NCBI GenBank assembly: GCA_040776945.1
Contig: JAXGZN010000001.1
Coordinates: forward strand, 576,001 to 640,000
Origin: Methanomassiliicoccaceae archaeon
GTDB lineage: Archaea; Thermoplasmatota; Thermoplasmata; Methanomassiliicoccales; Methanomassiliicoccaceae
Reading direction: 5' to 3'
DNA length: 64,000 bases
Positions 17,692-27,919 of this stretch are shown here, piece after piece. Positions within the stretch are counted from its first letter, which is position 1. Every line of letters starts with the position of its first letter. A program made the position numbers and the translations under genes. The notes under the pieces were generated by a model that saw only the letters and a list, made by a program, of their open reading frames with translations, was not told where the DNA came from and ran no database searches.

Positions 17692-19296
17692 TTAGAGGTA
17701 GCCCTCGTCGTCATCGTCCTGGTCCCTCCTGCCCTTCTTGGCGGCCCGCCTCTGCAGGTCCTCCATGCCCCTCATTGAGCGGTGCTGCGGCCTCCTGGCC
17801 ATCTTCCCGCGGCGCCCGAAGTAGTACAGGGCGGCGACGATCAATACCGCGCCGACGGCGGCGATGATCCCATAGATCGCCAGGGGGTTGGTCGGCTCCA
17901 CCGCTACCGAGCCGAGGGAGAGCGTCTGTCCCGGCGACAGGCTCACGGTGATGGTCTTGCCGTCCCATCCCAGCTTGCTCAGGGTGAGGTTGTGCTGCCC
18001 GGCGCGGGCGTTGGTGATGAACTCGCCAGCCTCGTTGGTGACCACGTATTCGCCGTTGTCCAGGGAGACCTTCACTCCCGCCAGGGGCTTGCCGTCCTTG
18101 TCCGTGACCACGCCGGTGATGGTCCCCCGATCGGTGGTGGTGAAGCTCCAGGTCTCCTGGACCACGTTGCCCACCTTGTCGACGGCCTCAACGCTCACGT
18201 GATAGGTGGTCCCATAGGCAAGCGCGGTGGCCGGGGTAAAGGTCAGGTTGTTCCCTTCCCAGCTCAAGGTTCCCGCCACACCGCTCACGGTGAGATTGGT
18301 CGCTGACGCGTCCATCCCCTTGGAGAAGTTCACCTGGACCACTGTGTCCACAGGCTCCTGGTCTCCGACCGGCCCCTTGCTCACGATAGATGGGCGCACG
18401 GTGTCGATGAGGAAGGTCACCTCGTCCGAGGCGGTGCTGTTGGCGATGTCGTAGGCCACGATCCTAACGGTGTGATAGCCGTCGGCGAAATTGGCGTTGT
18501 AGTGGCCCTCTTCTGGTATCGCGGTGGTCACCTTCACGCCATCGACCCATATCTGGTACCCCACGATGTTGTTCCCGGCATCGTAGCCGCTCCATACCAC
18601 GGTGACGTCTCCGTGATTGAACCCTGCGCCGTCCCCAGGGTAGGTGATGTTCACCACGGGAATTGTATTGTCAACGCTGAAGGTCACGATGGCCGTCGAC
18701 GTCCTCCCGCCCCAGGCATGGGCCACCACGGTCACCGTGTGCTGCCCGTTGCTCACGTTCTGGAAGGTGTTGGACGATTGGCCTGACGGCACGGGAGTGA
18801 TCCAGGGCTCGGAGTCCATCCGGACATCGAAATAGGTGATGCCAACATTGCTGGACGCCTGCCAGCGCACGGTAACGTCCGAGCTGTTGAGCCAGCTGTT
18901 GCTCGCCGGGGTCAATATCTTAAGGGCCGGGGGGGTGGTGTCGATGTAGAAGGTCACCGAATCCTCGGCGGAGTCGCCGAAGTCGTTGGTGGCCCTGACC
19001 GTGACGGTGTGCCGCCCGTCGGCGAGGCCAGTGACATTGTATTCATGCATGCCGGTCATGATGGGCGAGGAAGCGGAATCGATGTAGACCTCGAAGTCGT
19101 TGATCTCGTGCGTCGTGTCCTCCGCGGTCCAGGACACCCGGACGTATGGTGTCTGAACATACTCGCTCTGCTGCGGAGTGTTGATTTTCAAAGTGAGCGT
19201 GCCTGCCGCTGAGACCTCGCCCGCAGGAGCGATAAGGGCCACCCCTCCGCTGAAGACCACAAGCATCGCTATCAGTAAAGCTGCCGAACGTCCCAT
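17692..19296 (-). CDS. Cell-surface protein with tandem Ig-like and carboxypeptidase-regulatory-like domains and a C-terminal TM
   Basis: Signal peptide; repeated G.HTVTV.A...VTF.ID units; GTITGVVTD.DG.PL.G; TM followed by a basic tail. Confidence 0.82.
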   Translation of the reverse strand: MGRSAALLIAMLVVFSGGVALIAPAGEVSAAGTLTLKINTPQQSEYVQTPYVRVSWTAEDTTHEINDFEVYIDSASSPIMTGMHEYNVTGLADGRHTVTVRATNDFGDSAEDSVTFYIDTTPPALKILTPASNSWLNSSDVTVRWQASSNVGITYFDVRMDSEPWITPVPSGQSSNTFQNVSNGQHTVTVVAHAWGGRTSTAIVTFSVDNTIPVVNITYPGDGAGFNHGDVTVVWSGYDAGNNIVGYQIWVDGVKVTTAIPEEGHYNANFADGYHTVRIVAYDIANSTASDEVTFLIDTVRPSIVSKGPVGDQEPVDTVVQVNFSKGMDASATNLTVSGVAGTLSWEGNNLTFTPATALAYGTTYHVSVEAVDKVGNVVQETWSFTTTDRGTITGVVTDKDGKPLAGVKVSLDNGEYVVTNEAGEFITNARAGQHNLTLSKLGWDGKTITVSLSPGQTLSLGSVAVEPTNPLAIYGIIAAVGAVLIVAALYYFGRRGKMARRPQHRSMRGMEDLQRRAAKKGRRDQDDDDEGYL

Positions 19297-19677
19297 CCCG
19301 ATCCCATCCCGAGTGCTCTATTGGTCCAAAATCGGTTACAAAGCTATATAATTAACTTAATGCGAACGAGGGGATGAAAGCATGCGGGTCGCGTCCTTTC
19401 GGTCGCCTCCCCGTGGATCCTTTCGGTGCGGCAAACCAGTTCCTAAAGCGTTGATTGGGGGGGCACGACCTCTCGGGTAGTGAACTGACGATGTCGCACG
19501 ATCATGGCGCTCCGGTCAAGAATGCCGGCCGGGCGATCGAGAGGCAGGGCGGGAACCGCCCGAGCTAGCCTGCGAGCACAGGGCCATAGTCTCGCGAAGC
19601 ATGATGAGGAGAGCCCGACGATGAGTTAAGAAGTACCGTGTGGGCGGATCGGTCCTCTTGCGCAGAAAATTGGAACG

Positions 19678-19752
19678 TGGAGCCACTGGAGGGAATTGAA
19701 CCCTCGACCTACGCCTTACCAAGGCGTCGCTATACCACTAAGCCACAGTGGC
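19678..19752 (-). tRNA. tRNA-Thr(GGU)
   Basis: Reverse complement GCCACTGTGGCTTAGTGG...ACGCC-TT GGT AA-GGCGT...GGTTCAATTCCCTCCAGTGGCTCCA. Confidence 0.95.
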
Positions 19753-19817
19753 GGATGGAGACCATCAATTCGCTTGTCGTTAATATAGATTTCGACCCCG
19801 GCCAGGATGCCTGGTGG

Positions 19818-20171
19818 TCAGCCCGCCATGGGCGTGGATAGTATCCCCAGGCTCTCGTAGCTGTAGACCGCGATATTGCCCCTTCCCCGGCGGCTGATGC
19901 GATCGAGCGTCGGGAGGTAGGCGTCGTTGGGGACGATGACCACGACATAGAGCCCGTCGCGCGCTGCCTCGTTGTACTCCTCCACAGCGTCGTTCCTAGC
20001 CCAACTGATGTCCGATTCTATGAACTCGGCACCGATCGCCCCGTCCTCGGTCAGGACGGTGATGACACCATAGTTTTCCGGGGCGATGAGCTCATAGTCC
20101 ATCTCCAGCTCCGGTTCGTCCTCCTCCAGCTGGTCGATCCGCTGCAGTATGACATCCTCGACGTCTATCAA
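19818..20171 (-). CDS. Acidic hypothetical protein
   Basis: 117 aa; GAGGTG RBS upstream of the TTG start. Confidence 0.65.
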   Translation of the reverse strand: MIDVEDVILQRIDQLEEDEPELEMDYELIAPENYGVITVLTEDGAIGAEFIESDISWARNDAVEEYNEAARDGLYVVVIVPNDAYLPTLDRISRRGRGNIAVYSYESLGILSTPMAG

Positions 20172-20766
20172 CGCATCACCTCAGGGACCTGGAGCTAGAC
20201 TAATCTTTCGGCCTGCGTTCCATCAATGACGATGATCCTAGTCCAGGATGGAGTAGGCGGACGAAGCTCGGGACTAGGCCGATGCGCTATTTCCGGAACG
20301 GTCCATGACCGACGCCATGGCGGAACAGCCTCATGCTATCGTGACCGGTCCCGGCAGATAGCTTGGACATCAAGGTGCCGTAGAACATGCGCTCGACCTC
20401 GTCTGTCAGTGTGCGGCATTTTCTCCGCTGCCAGCACTGGACAGATGGCTGGGCGGCGACGACCCTTGTCCGTGGCCCATCTCATCGCTGGCAAAGGCGA
20501 CAATGCCACCATCCTCCACCTATTTCATGACCGCCGGGGCCTGGACCGGGCCGGAGCCCGTCAGAGGCTGGAGCCCTTTTCTGATGCCTACGTTGCCAAC
20601 TTTGTTCCAGCCCTCCGCACCGAGGACCTAGTACGGGACCTCCGGGACTTCGGTAGGGTACTTCATGGTGGCATGGCGACCGCTCTTCTCGAAAAACGAG
20701 ATGCGGAGGAGGTGAGCGCCGGCGGGCCAGCAAAGCTTATTTGTTCGCAACGGTAGAGGGGGAGCG

Positions 20767-22710
20767 ATGAAGGAAGAGATGAGCACGTTCGACGTCCTGG
20801 CCATGGTAGGGGAGATGCGGTCCTTGGCGGGTGGCTATCTGGACAAGGTGTTCCACTGGGACGTCAAGAACGTCCTCCTTAGGATCAACGCTCCCGGGGG
20901 CAAGAGGGAGCTGGTGGTGCAGGACATGCGCTGGCTGTACATAGCTCCGGAGAAGCCGGAGACACCGGACATGCCCTCCCAGTTCGCCGTGAACCTGCGG
21001 AAGCACTTGACGAACACGCGCATCACCGCCATCCGCCAGCGGGAGTTCGACCGCATCGTGGTGCTGGACCTGGAGAAGGGGCCGAACCAATACCAGCTGG
21101 TGATCGAGCTCTTCGGCGACGGGAACCTGGTTCTGGTCTCGGGCGGCAAGATCCTCAACTCGGTGCACTCGCGCAAGTGGCGACACCGCGAGGTCCGCCC
21201 CGGCCTCGAGTACTCGTTCCCGCCGTCGAGGTTCAACCCGCTGGACATGGACGAGGGATCGTTCCGCAAGGCGGTCCTGGGATCGACGTCGGACGCCGTC
21301 CGCACGCTGGCCACGACCATCAACATCGGGGGGCAGTACGCCGAGGAGGTGTGCATCCGCGCTGGGGTGGAGAAGGACCGCAAGGCCAAGTCCCTCGCGC
21401 CGGAGGAGATAGGCAAGCTCTACGAGGCGCTGACGCTGCTGCTCAAGGAGGCCGCCGGAGCACCCAGAGCGAGGGAGATACTGGAGAACGGCAAGCCCAT
21501 CGATGTCACTCCGGTGCCCCTGATCCAGTACGCCGACCGAGAGGCGCGGGAGCATCCCACCTTCTCGGACGCCATTCATCGCTATGTACAGGAGCGCGTG
21601 CCGGAAGAAGGGGAGAAGGACGACCCGGAGGTCCAGCGTCTGCAGAGGCAGCTGGCCCAGCAGAGGGCGGCCATCGAGGCGCAGCTGGCGGAAGCGCGGG
21701 GATACGCGGAGCAGGCGGAGGCCATCTACTCCGACTATCTGGTCACCGAGGCGCTGCTTAAGACGCTCAAGGCCAAGGCCGAGGGCCTGAACTGGGAGCG
21801 TACCAGGGAGGCGCTCTCCGCCATCCCCGGCATCAGCAAGGTCGATCCCCAGGAGCACCGAGTGGTCGCGCTCATCGCCGGGAAGGATGTTACGCTGGAC
21901 TACACGCTGGGCGTAGAGGGCAACGCCAACGCGCTGTACCAGCGCGGGAAGGAGGCTAAGGAGAAGATGCAGGGCGCGCAGCAGGCGCTCGCAGAGACGG
22001 AGAAGCGGCTCTCCCAGAAGGTCAAGGAGGGTGAGTCGCGGAAGAAGCGGGAGAAGCATGTCGCACGCAAGACCAAGGAGTTCTGGTTCGAGCGGTATAA
22101 GTGGTTCGTCACCTCCGGCGGGCATCTGGTGCTGGCCGGCCGGGACGCGCACAGCAACGACCAGTTGGTCAAGAAGCATCTGAAGACCACGGAGCGGTTC
22201 GCCCACGCCGACGTCCACGGCGCGCCCAGCGTGGTGGTGTTCAACGGGGCAAGCGCGAGCGAGGAGGAGATGGTCGAGGCGTGCACCTTCGCGCTGGCTC
22301 ATTCGAAAGCTTGGATGGCCGGGGCGTCCGAGGGAACCGCGTACTGGGTGTTGCCTGACCAAGTGAGCAAGATGGCCCAGGCCGGAGAGTTCGTGCCCCG
22401 CGGCGCCTTCGTCATTCGAGGGAAGCGCAATTACGAGTACCACCTGCCGCTGATGCTGGCGGTCGGCGAGATCGCCTACGAGGGCGAGCGCAAGATCATG
22501 TGCGGACCGCTGGGCGCGGTGCAGGCGATGTCCTCCAGGTATGTCGTCATCGAGCCGGGCAAGAAGGTAAAGACCAAGGCATCGGCCGCCCTGGCCCGGA
22601 TGTTCGACGTGCCGGAGGAGGAGATCGCTCGAATACTGCCGCCCGGCGAGGTCGAGATCGCCAGCACAGAGGGCATCGAGGAAGAGCCGGAGAGACTGGA
22701 CGAGAACTGA
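20767..22710 (+). CDS. rqcH: NFACT/Rqc2 (RqcH/NEMF) ribosome quality-control protein
   Basis: MSTFDV, FDRIV, ELFGDGNLVL, WFERYKWF, GRDA.SND.LVKK, HADVHGA, GAFVIRGKRNY. Confidence 0.92.
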   Translation: MKEEMSTFDVLAMVGEMRSLAGGYLDKVFHWDVKNVLLRINAPGGKRELVVQDMRWLYIAPEKPETPDMPSQFAVNLRKHLTNTRITAIRQREFDRIVVLDLEKGPNQYQLVIELFGDGNLVLVSGGKILNSVHSRKWRHREVRPGLEYSFPPSRFNPLDMDEGSFRKAVLGSTSDAVRTLATTINIGGQYAEEVCIRAGVEKDRKAKSLAPEEIGKLYEALTLLLKEAAGAPRAREILENGKPIDVTPVPLIQYADREAREHPTFSDAIHRYVQERVPEEGEKDDPEVQRLQRQLAQQRAAIEAQLAEARGYAEQAEAIYSDYLVTEALLKTLKAKAEGLNWERTREALSAIPGISKVDPQEHRVVALIAGKDVTLDYTLGVEGNANALYQRGKEAKEKMQGAQQALAETEKRLSQKVKEGESRKKREKHVARKTKEFWFERYKWFVTSGGHLVLAGRDAHSNDQLVKKHLKTTERFAHADVHGAPSVVVFNGASASEEEMVEACTFALAHSKAWMAGASEGTAYWVLPDQVSKMAQAGEFVPRGAFVIRGKRNYEYHLPLMLAVGEIAYEGERKIMCGPLGAVQAMSSRYVVIEPGKKVKTKASAALARMFDVPEEEIARILPPGEVEIASTEGIEEEPERLDEN

Positions 22711-22741
22711 GGACGGGATCAGGAGAAGAGTGGGGGATATG

Positions 22742-22815
22742 CGCCCGAGCCGGGATTCGAACCCGGGTCTAAAGATCCGCAATCTCTTAGGATATCCAAG
22801 CTACCCCACTCGGGC
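22742..22815 (-). tRNA. tRNA-Arg(GCG)
   Basis: Reverse complement GCCCGAGTGGGGTAGCTTGG...AGAGA-TT GCG GA-TCTTT...GGTTCGAATCCCGGCTCGGGCG; CCA not encoded. Confidence 0.93.
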
Positions 22816-22957
22816 ATTCCCCCTGTAATAGTTCCCCCTTTAATTCTTTTTGCATTGACGGCCACTGCTTGGATTGCTAGCCCCTCAATTTCATCTCGCA
22901 TAATCAGGTCGCAACGTCCTTAAGTGCGAGCGGCGTCCTTCCCCGGCGGATGGGAAA

Positions 22958-23269
22958 ATGGACAAGGATTTTTGCATCTGGATCGAGCTGGCGTCCAGAA
23001 AGCGCCGGTGCTCCCGCTGTTCCGGGGACATCGGCAAGGGCGTGATGCACGTGCGCATGGGCAACCGCGAGAGGCCCAGAGGAGCGCCGTGCATGTGCGC
23101 CCTGTGCTTCGAGTCGGTCATGAGCGGCCTCTCCGATGAGTACAACGGCATGAAGGACGCCGCGTGCCCCTCAGTAGAGGCTGGACCCATGCTCGAGCTC
23201 GGACCCCGGTGCTTCAGCTGCGGCCTGCCGCCGGAGCGATGTCAGTGCGCGCGCGAGGCGTACCGCTAG
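22958..23269 (+). CDS. Small Cys-rich (zinc-finger-like) protein
   Basis: CSRC, CALC, CFSC..CQC. Confidence 0.6.
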   Translation: MDKDFCIWIELASRKRRCSRCSGDIGKGVMHVRMGNRERPRGAPCMCALCFESVMSGLSDEYNGMKDAACPSVEAGPMLELGPRCFSCGLPPERCQCAREAYR

Positions 23270-24130
23270 TCAGTAGCTCGTGGTCATATCCACCTTGCCG
23301 GCTCGGCGGGCCCGTCGGTCGGCGTAGCGGAAGATCAGCGTGGACGCGGCCAGGAACGCAAGGGTGGAGACGACCAGGTAGAGCATGATGGTCCCCGAAC
23401 CGAGGGCCCCCAGGCCGCTGATGGCCTCCATCGCGCTGCCTGGATACAGCGAGCGGCGGACCAGCTCCAGCCAGTAGGTGAGCGGTATGGCCATGCCGAC
23501 CGCCTGCGCCCAGGACGGCAGCACAGTCAGGGGGAACAGCGTGCCGCACAGCAGGTAGAACGCCCCGCCGATGCCCTCGTTGATGCCGGAGCTGTGCTTC
23601 GCCGTCAGGAAGGTGATCCCGGCGAGGGCGATGCCTATCGCCAGTATGCACGATATCCCTAGAGCCATGGCCGCGGCGAAGAGCGGCCAGTCCACCGTCC
23701 CGAGGTCAAGCGGCAGCCCGAGCACCAGAATGCCGAAGGCGATGGAGATCACCACCGACACCGAGGTCAGGAGGAGCTTGCTCATCGCCCTCCCGATGAT
23801 GTACACCCGGATGGAGATCGGCGCGATGTACAACTGCTTCAGCGTCTGATAGTGCTCGCGGTCCTCCATTATCACCATGGTAGCGCCCATCATCACCTGC
23901 GCGACGAACATGAAGAACACCGAGCCGAGGTAGGTGAAGGCGAACATGGCCGGATCGTTGGCCACGCCTTGCTTCACCACAAGGAACATCACCACCAGGA
24001 TGAGCGTGGCGGCGATGGGGCGGGCTATGGAATATATCATGAACAGCCATGGCCGGGTCCAGTTGGACTCCATCTGCCAGCCAAGCCAGGCGGCGTGGCG
24101 GAAGGTCCTCAGGTGCGCGCTCACTGCCAT
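23270..24130 (-). CDS. ABC-2 type exporter permease
   Basis: EDRE..TLK.LYIAP, LFPLTVLP.W, PLTY. Start trimmed to MAVSAH. Confidence 0.88.
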   Translation of the reverse strand: MAVSAHLRTFRHAAWLGWQMESNWTRPWLFMIYSIARPIAATLILVVMFLVVKQGVANDPAMFAFTYLGSVFFMFVAQVMMGATMVIMEDREHYQTLKQLYIAPISIRVYIIGRAMSKLLLTSVSVVISIAFGILVLGLPLDLGTVDWPLFAAAMALGISCILAIGIALAGITFLTAKHSSGINEGIGGAFYLLCGTLFPLTVLPSWAQAVGMAIPLTYWLELVRRSLYPGSAMEAISGLGALGSGTIMLYLVVSTLAFLAASTLIFRYADRRARRAGKVDMTTSY

Positions 24131-24930
24131 CTCAGGGTCAGCCTCCCCTCTTTGCGCCCCAATCGTTCCATGTACCTCAGGGCGTAGCGGGCCAGCACCA
24201 GGAAGGCCACGGCCAGCACGCACAATATCACCAGCTCTGTGGCCACCGGCAGAAGGCCGAGGGCCTGCTCGCCGAACAAAAGCTGGCGCATCGCGTCGAG
24301 GCCCAGGGTGATAGGTATTATGGACGCGGCCGCGCTCACCCAGGGGCCGAGGGCGCGCACCGGGAAGTAGAACCCCGAGACCAGGTAGATGGGTTCCTGC
24401 AGCAGGTTGGAGATGTTCCATGCGTCGCGGCCGTAGAGCATGAACAGCGAGGCGAACATCATGCCCATGCCGTAGATGGCGATGAGCGTCACGAGGAACA
24501 CCGCCGCTAGGAACAGGGGTTCTTCCACGGTCATGTGCACGTCGAAGATGATGAGGCCTAAGAACAGGGTGGACAGCGCTCGCACCCCGGCGGAGAACAT
24601 GCCCCCCAGGGCCATGCCCGCGAGGAGCGCCATGCGGGACATCGGCGAGACCAGGAACAGCTGCAGGTTGCCGATCTCCTTCTCCCAGTAGAACTGGGAG
24701 GCCATTCCCCACAGCACATTGAGCCAGAAGGCGGTCATCGCCCCGCCGAGGACCACGAACCCCTCGAAGGACGAGGCGGCTCCCAGAGCCCGGTAGTAGT
24801 AGATGTAGGCGGCGATGCCCAAGAGCGGAAGGAGGACGTCGAAGAAGGTCCAGGACGGCTCCCGGAGGGCGCCGATGACCCGGGGGTACGCCCGCCCGAC
24901 GGCTGCTCTCAGGTTCAGGGGCATCTCCAC
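24121..24930 (-). CDS. ABC-2 type exporter permease
   Basis: WEKEIGNL, SGFYFPV..L, PIT.GLDAMR. Confidence 0.88.
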   Translation of the reverse strand: MEMPLNLRAAVGRAYPRVIGALREPSWTFFDVLLPLLGIAAYIYYYRALGAASSFEGFVVLGGAMTAFWLNVLWGMASQFYWEKEIGNLQLFLVSPMSRMALLAGMALGGMFSAGVRALSTLFLGLIIFDVHMTVEEPLFLAAVFLVTLIAIYGMGMMFASLFMLYGRDAWNISNLLQEPIYLVSGFYFPVRALGPWVSAAASIIPITLGLDAMRQLLFGEQALGLLPVATELVILCVLAVAFLVLARYALRYMERLGRKEGRLTLRWQ

Positions 24931-25883
24931 TATCCCAATCCTCTCCCTACCATCTCGATGAACGCGTCCTCCAGTGTGGCCTCGACCTTATTGAGGGAGA
25001 CTATCCTTCCGCCGCGGGAGACGACCGCGGAGATGACGTCGGATATCGCCGACTCGTCCTCCAGCACCAGGCGCACGCGTTTCCCGCTCTCGATCTCATC
25101 GGCGCTGACCCCTTTGACCCCTCGGACCGCCGACAGCGGGGCTGGATCGAAAGAAGTGGTGTCCATCACGAAGGTCGAGGCGTGGTTCATCCTTCTCTTC
25201 AACTCGGCCGGAGGGCCGCAGGCCAGGATGGTCCCCCGGTCGATTATGGCCACGCGATCGCACAGCTCCTCCGCTTCCCGCATATAGTGTGTGGTGAGCA
25301 GCAGCGTCCGGTCGTCCCGCGCCCTCACCCAGTCCCGGATGTACTCCCGGATGGTCCGGCTGGTGGTGACATCTAGGCCCAGCGTCGGCTCGTCCAGGAA
25401 GATCAGCTTGGGATCGGTGACAAAACCCCGGATTATGTTCATCCTCTGCCGCTGGCCGGTGGATATCGTCCTCACCTTGGCGTTGGCCTTGTCCTCCAGC
25501 CCGAAGGCCTTCAACAGGCCGTCGATCCTCTCCCTGGCCACGCTGCCGGGGACGCCGTAGAACTGGGAGAACATCCACAGGTTCTCACGGACGGTTAGAA
25601 GGCCGTATCCCGATGTCTCCCCTCCGGACACCATGTTGATCAGCGGCCTTATCTTCGAGGCTTCCCCGTCCACGTCGTACCCCAGCACCTTGGCGGTGCC
25701 GCTGGTCGGGAGCAGAAGCGTCGACAGAATCTTGATGAGGGTGGTCTTCCCCGCTCCATTGGGCCCCAGGAGCCCGAACAGCTCGCCCTCCTTGACCTTG
25801 AGGTCGACGTTCTCCAGGGCGACCACGGTCTGCTTCCCTGTGAAGGCGCGGGACAGTGCGGAGACCTCCAGGGCGTAGGCCAT
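24930..25883 (-). CDS. ABC exporter ATP-binding protein
   Basis: GPNGAGKTT, ISTGQRQR, FLDEPTLGLD, TTHYM.EAEELCDR. Confidence 0.93.
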   Translation of the reverse strand: MAYALEVSALSRAFTGKQTVVALENVDLKVKEGELFGLLGPNGAGKTTLIKILSTLLLPTSGTAKVLGYDVDGEASKIRPLINMVSGGETSGYGLLTVRENLWMFSQFYGVPGSVARERIDGLLKAFGLEDKANAKVRTISTGQRQRMNIIRGFVTDPKLIFLDEPTLGLDVTTSRTIREYIRDWVRARDDRTLLLTTHYMREAEELCDRVAIIDRGTILACGPPAELKRRMNHASTFVMDTTSFDPAPLSAVRGVKGVSADEIESGKRVRLVLEDESAISDVISAVVSRGGRIVSLNKVEATLEDAFIEMVGRGLG

Positions 25884-26035
25884 GCGCCCGGCCAGAACTT
25901 GTCGCTAGAAAAAAGTATCGAGCTTCAGCGCCCGAACGTGTGGGGGCATCGGCAGGAAGGGGCGGCCAACACCCGGAACGGGCGATGGCGGAACGGTGAT
26001 CGTTTCGTACCGAAGGAGTTCACAAGGTTCGGAGC

Positions 26036-26227
26036 TTAGTGCTCCATGTTCTGCCAGTAGGTGGTGACGTAGCCGGCGATGCGGTTGCGCATCATGACGC
26101 TGTCAACGTTGGTGAGCTTGGATACAAGCTCCTTGTTGTTCTCGAAGTCGTCGTTGAAGACCGTGGGATACTTCTGAACGAGCTCGAGGGCGATCCTCTT
26201 GATGTAGGTAGGACGGATGTTTCCCAT
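26036..26227 (-). CDS. rps17e: 30S ribosomal protein S17e
   Basis: MGNIRPTYIKR, DFENNK, MRNRIAGYVT. Confidence 0.95.
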   Translation of the reverse strand: MGNIRPTYIKRIALELVQKYPTVFNDDFENNKELVSKLTNVDSVMMRNRIAGYVTTYWQNMEH

Positions 26228-26290
26228 GAAAGTCACCTATGAGTAACAACCGGGTTAAGCCGAGACCGTATATAACGCTTTTTCCGGCAT

Positions 26291-27211
26291 GTGGGCGCGT
26301 CCTCCGCCGTGCCGACAGTCAGGATTTATCTTCCGAACGCTCCCAATGGTTCGCCAATGTCCTTCTGGAAAGAGCTTTGCATTGGGCTGCACCGGCCGAT
26401 GCTGGCCATCGCCTGCGGATATCTGGCGTTCATGTTGTCGATAGGGGTCCTGGTTGTTCTCATGGGCGCCTGGCCCCCGTTCATGGTGGTAGAATCCAGA
26501 AGCATGCAGCATGATGACAATGTCTCGGCCATCGGCATCATCGACACCGGGGACGTCATCGTGGTCAACAGCCGCCAGAACGGGTCCTCGTTGAGGACCT
26601 ATCTGGGCTCGATGCGGGACGGCTACTGGAGCTTCGGCGATCGCGGGGACGTGGTGATATTTCAGCCTCCCGGCGAGGACGTGCCGATCGTCCATCGCGC
26701 CTTGTGCGTGGTGGAGTACAACTCCACCGCGGGCGGGTTCGACATGCCTGAGCTGGCCGACCTGCCGGGACAGGCATGGTCGGTGCCGGACGGAGGCCGG
26801 GAATGGCGGGGCCTGACGGGATGGGTCGACCTGTACGGCATCGGCCACGCGAACGTCACGGTGTGCATCGATCTGGGCGGGATCCTCCGGACGATGGGGG
26901 ACGCCCCCCACGGCGGGCTGATGACCATGGGGGACAACAACTGGAAGGAGGCCGATGGTGAAAGGTTCGGGGTCGTCGACCAGGGCAGCCTGGTGCGCGA
27001 ACCGATCAAGTGGGAGTGGGTCATCGGAAAGGTGGTGGGCGAGGTCCCGTGGATAGGGACCGTCAGGCTGTGGCTCACCGGCACCGCGCCCCCGTACATG
27101 CCGGTGAACAGCGTCGTCCTGCTCGTGGCCTCGATCGCTTCCGTCACCATGCTGCCGGTGGCGCTGTACGCCTCGGCGCAAGCTCTTGACAACCACGGTA
27201 GGAGGCGCTAG
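26291..27211 (+). CDS. Archaeal signal peptidase I (S26 family)
   Basis: VVESRSMQH, DTGD, PIVHRA, TMGDNN. True start may be near 26357. Confidence 0.85.
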   Translation: MGASSAVPTVRIYLPNAPNGSPMSFWKELCIGLHRPMLAIACGYLAFMLSIGVLVVLMGAWPPFMVVESRSMQHDDNVSAIGIIDTGDVIVVNSRQNGSSLRTYLGSMRDGYWSFGDRGDVVIFQPPGEDVPIVHRALCVVEYNSTAGGFDMPELADLPGQAWSVPDGGREWRGLTGWVDLYGIGHANVTVCIDLGGILRTMGDAPHGGLMTMGDNNWKEADGERFGVVDQGSLVREPIKWEWVIGKVVGEVPWIGTVRLWLTGTAPPYMPVNSVVLLVASIASVTMLPVALYASAQALDNHGRRR

Positions 27212-27885
27212 GGCTGCCTCAGCTCGGTGCGGGGCTTGCCGCAGGACATCTTTCCCTCCGGGCATCTGCCCCTGGAGATGCACGGCGGCCCCGCGTTCCT
27301 GAAGATGAACGGCGACGCTTCGCGGGCGAGGCGGAGCATCTCGTCGGCGACCTCGCGTATCTCGGTTTGGGCGCGACGGCACGTGCGCAACTCGAAGAAG
27401 TGCCACAGCTCCCGGGCGTTCATGGTAACGGTGATGTTGGTGGTGCAGGCGTTCGGCAGCACGTAGCGAGCGTCCTCCGCTGGCACCTTCTTCGACAGGA
27501 GGCCGTACTCCTCCCAGATGCGGTCCATCAGATCCCGGTAGCGCTTCTCGAGATCAGGGTCAGCGGCGATGGACGCGGGCGTCACGTACTCGGCGTCCTT
27601 CATGCTCACGTACCGCTGGGAGGTCTGAGAGTAGGACGCGATCCTGTGTCTGACCAGTTGATGACTGGCGGCCCTGGACAAGCCCTCGATGGAGAAAGTG
27701 TAGGAGGCGTGCTCGATCACCGAGTGGTGGCCGCTCGACAGCGGGTTCCCCAGCCATCTCTTGCCCTTGGCCTCGTCCCATTCCTCCATGAGCTCGCTCG
27801 CGCCCTTTCTCGAATAGCAGGAGTGCGCGGCGGAGGCACACAACTTCTCGGCGTCCTTGGTATAGGAAAGCAGGGTGACGCGCAC
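27208..27885 (-). CDS. thyX: FAD-dependent thymidylate synthase
   Basis: GHHSVIEH, SHQLVRHRIASYSQTSQRY, EDARYVLP, MNAREL.HF, AQ.EIR. Confidence 0.95.
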   Translation of the reverse strand: MRVTLLSYTKDAEKLCASAAHSCYSRKGASELMEEWDEAKGKRWLGNPLSSGHHSVIEHASYTFSIEGLSRAASHQLVRHRIASYSQTSQRYVSMKDAEYVTPASIAADPDLEKRYRDLMDRIWEEYGLLSKKVPAEDARYVLPNACTTNITVTMNARELWHFFELRTCRRAQTEIREVADEMLRLAREASPFIFRNAGPPCISRGRCPEGKMSCGKPRTELRQP

Positions 27886-27919
27886 GAGACCACAATGCCT
27901 AGGCGATGTAAAAAGGATG

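Noticed and set aside
19380-19430. TCCTTTCGGT repeated twice upstream of the surface-protein gene
   Set aside because: Only two short copies; could be chance.
20172-20766. ~600-bp gap with ORFs on both strands and in-frame TAG codons (pyrrolysine read-through considered)
   Set aside because: No recognisable motifs. TGA stops and frame changes also interrupt it, so at most it is a decayed gene.
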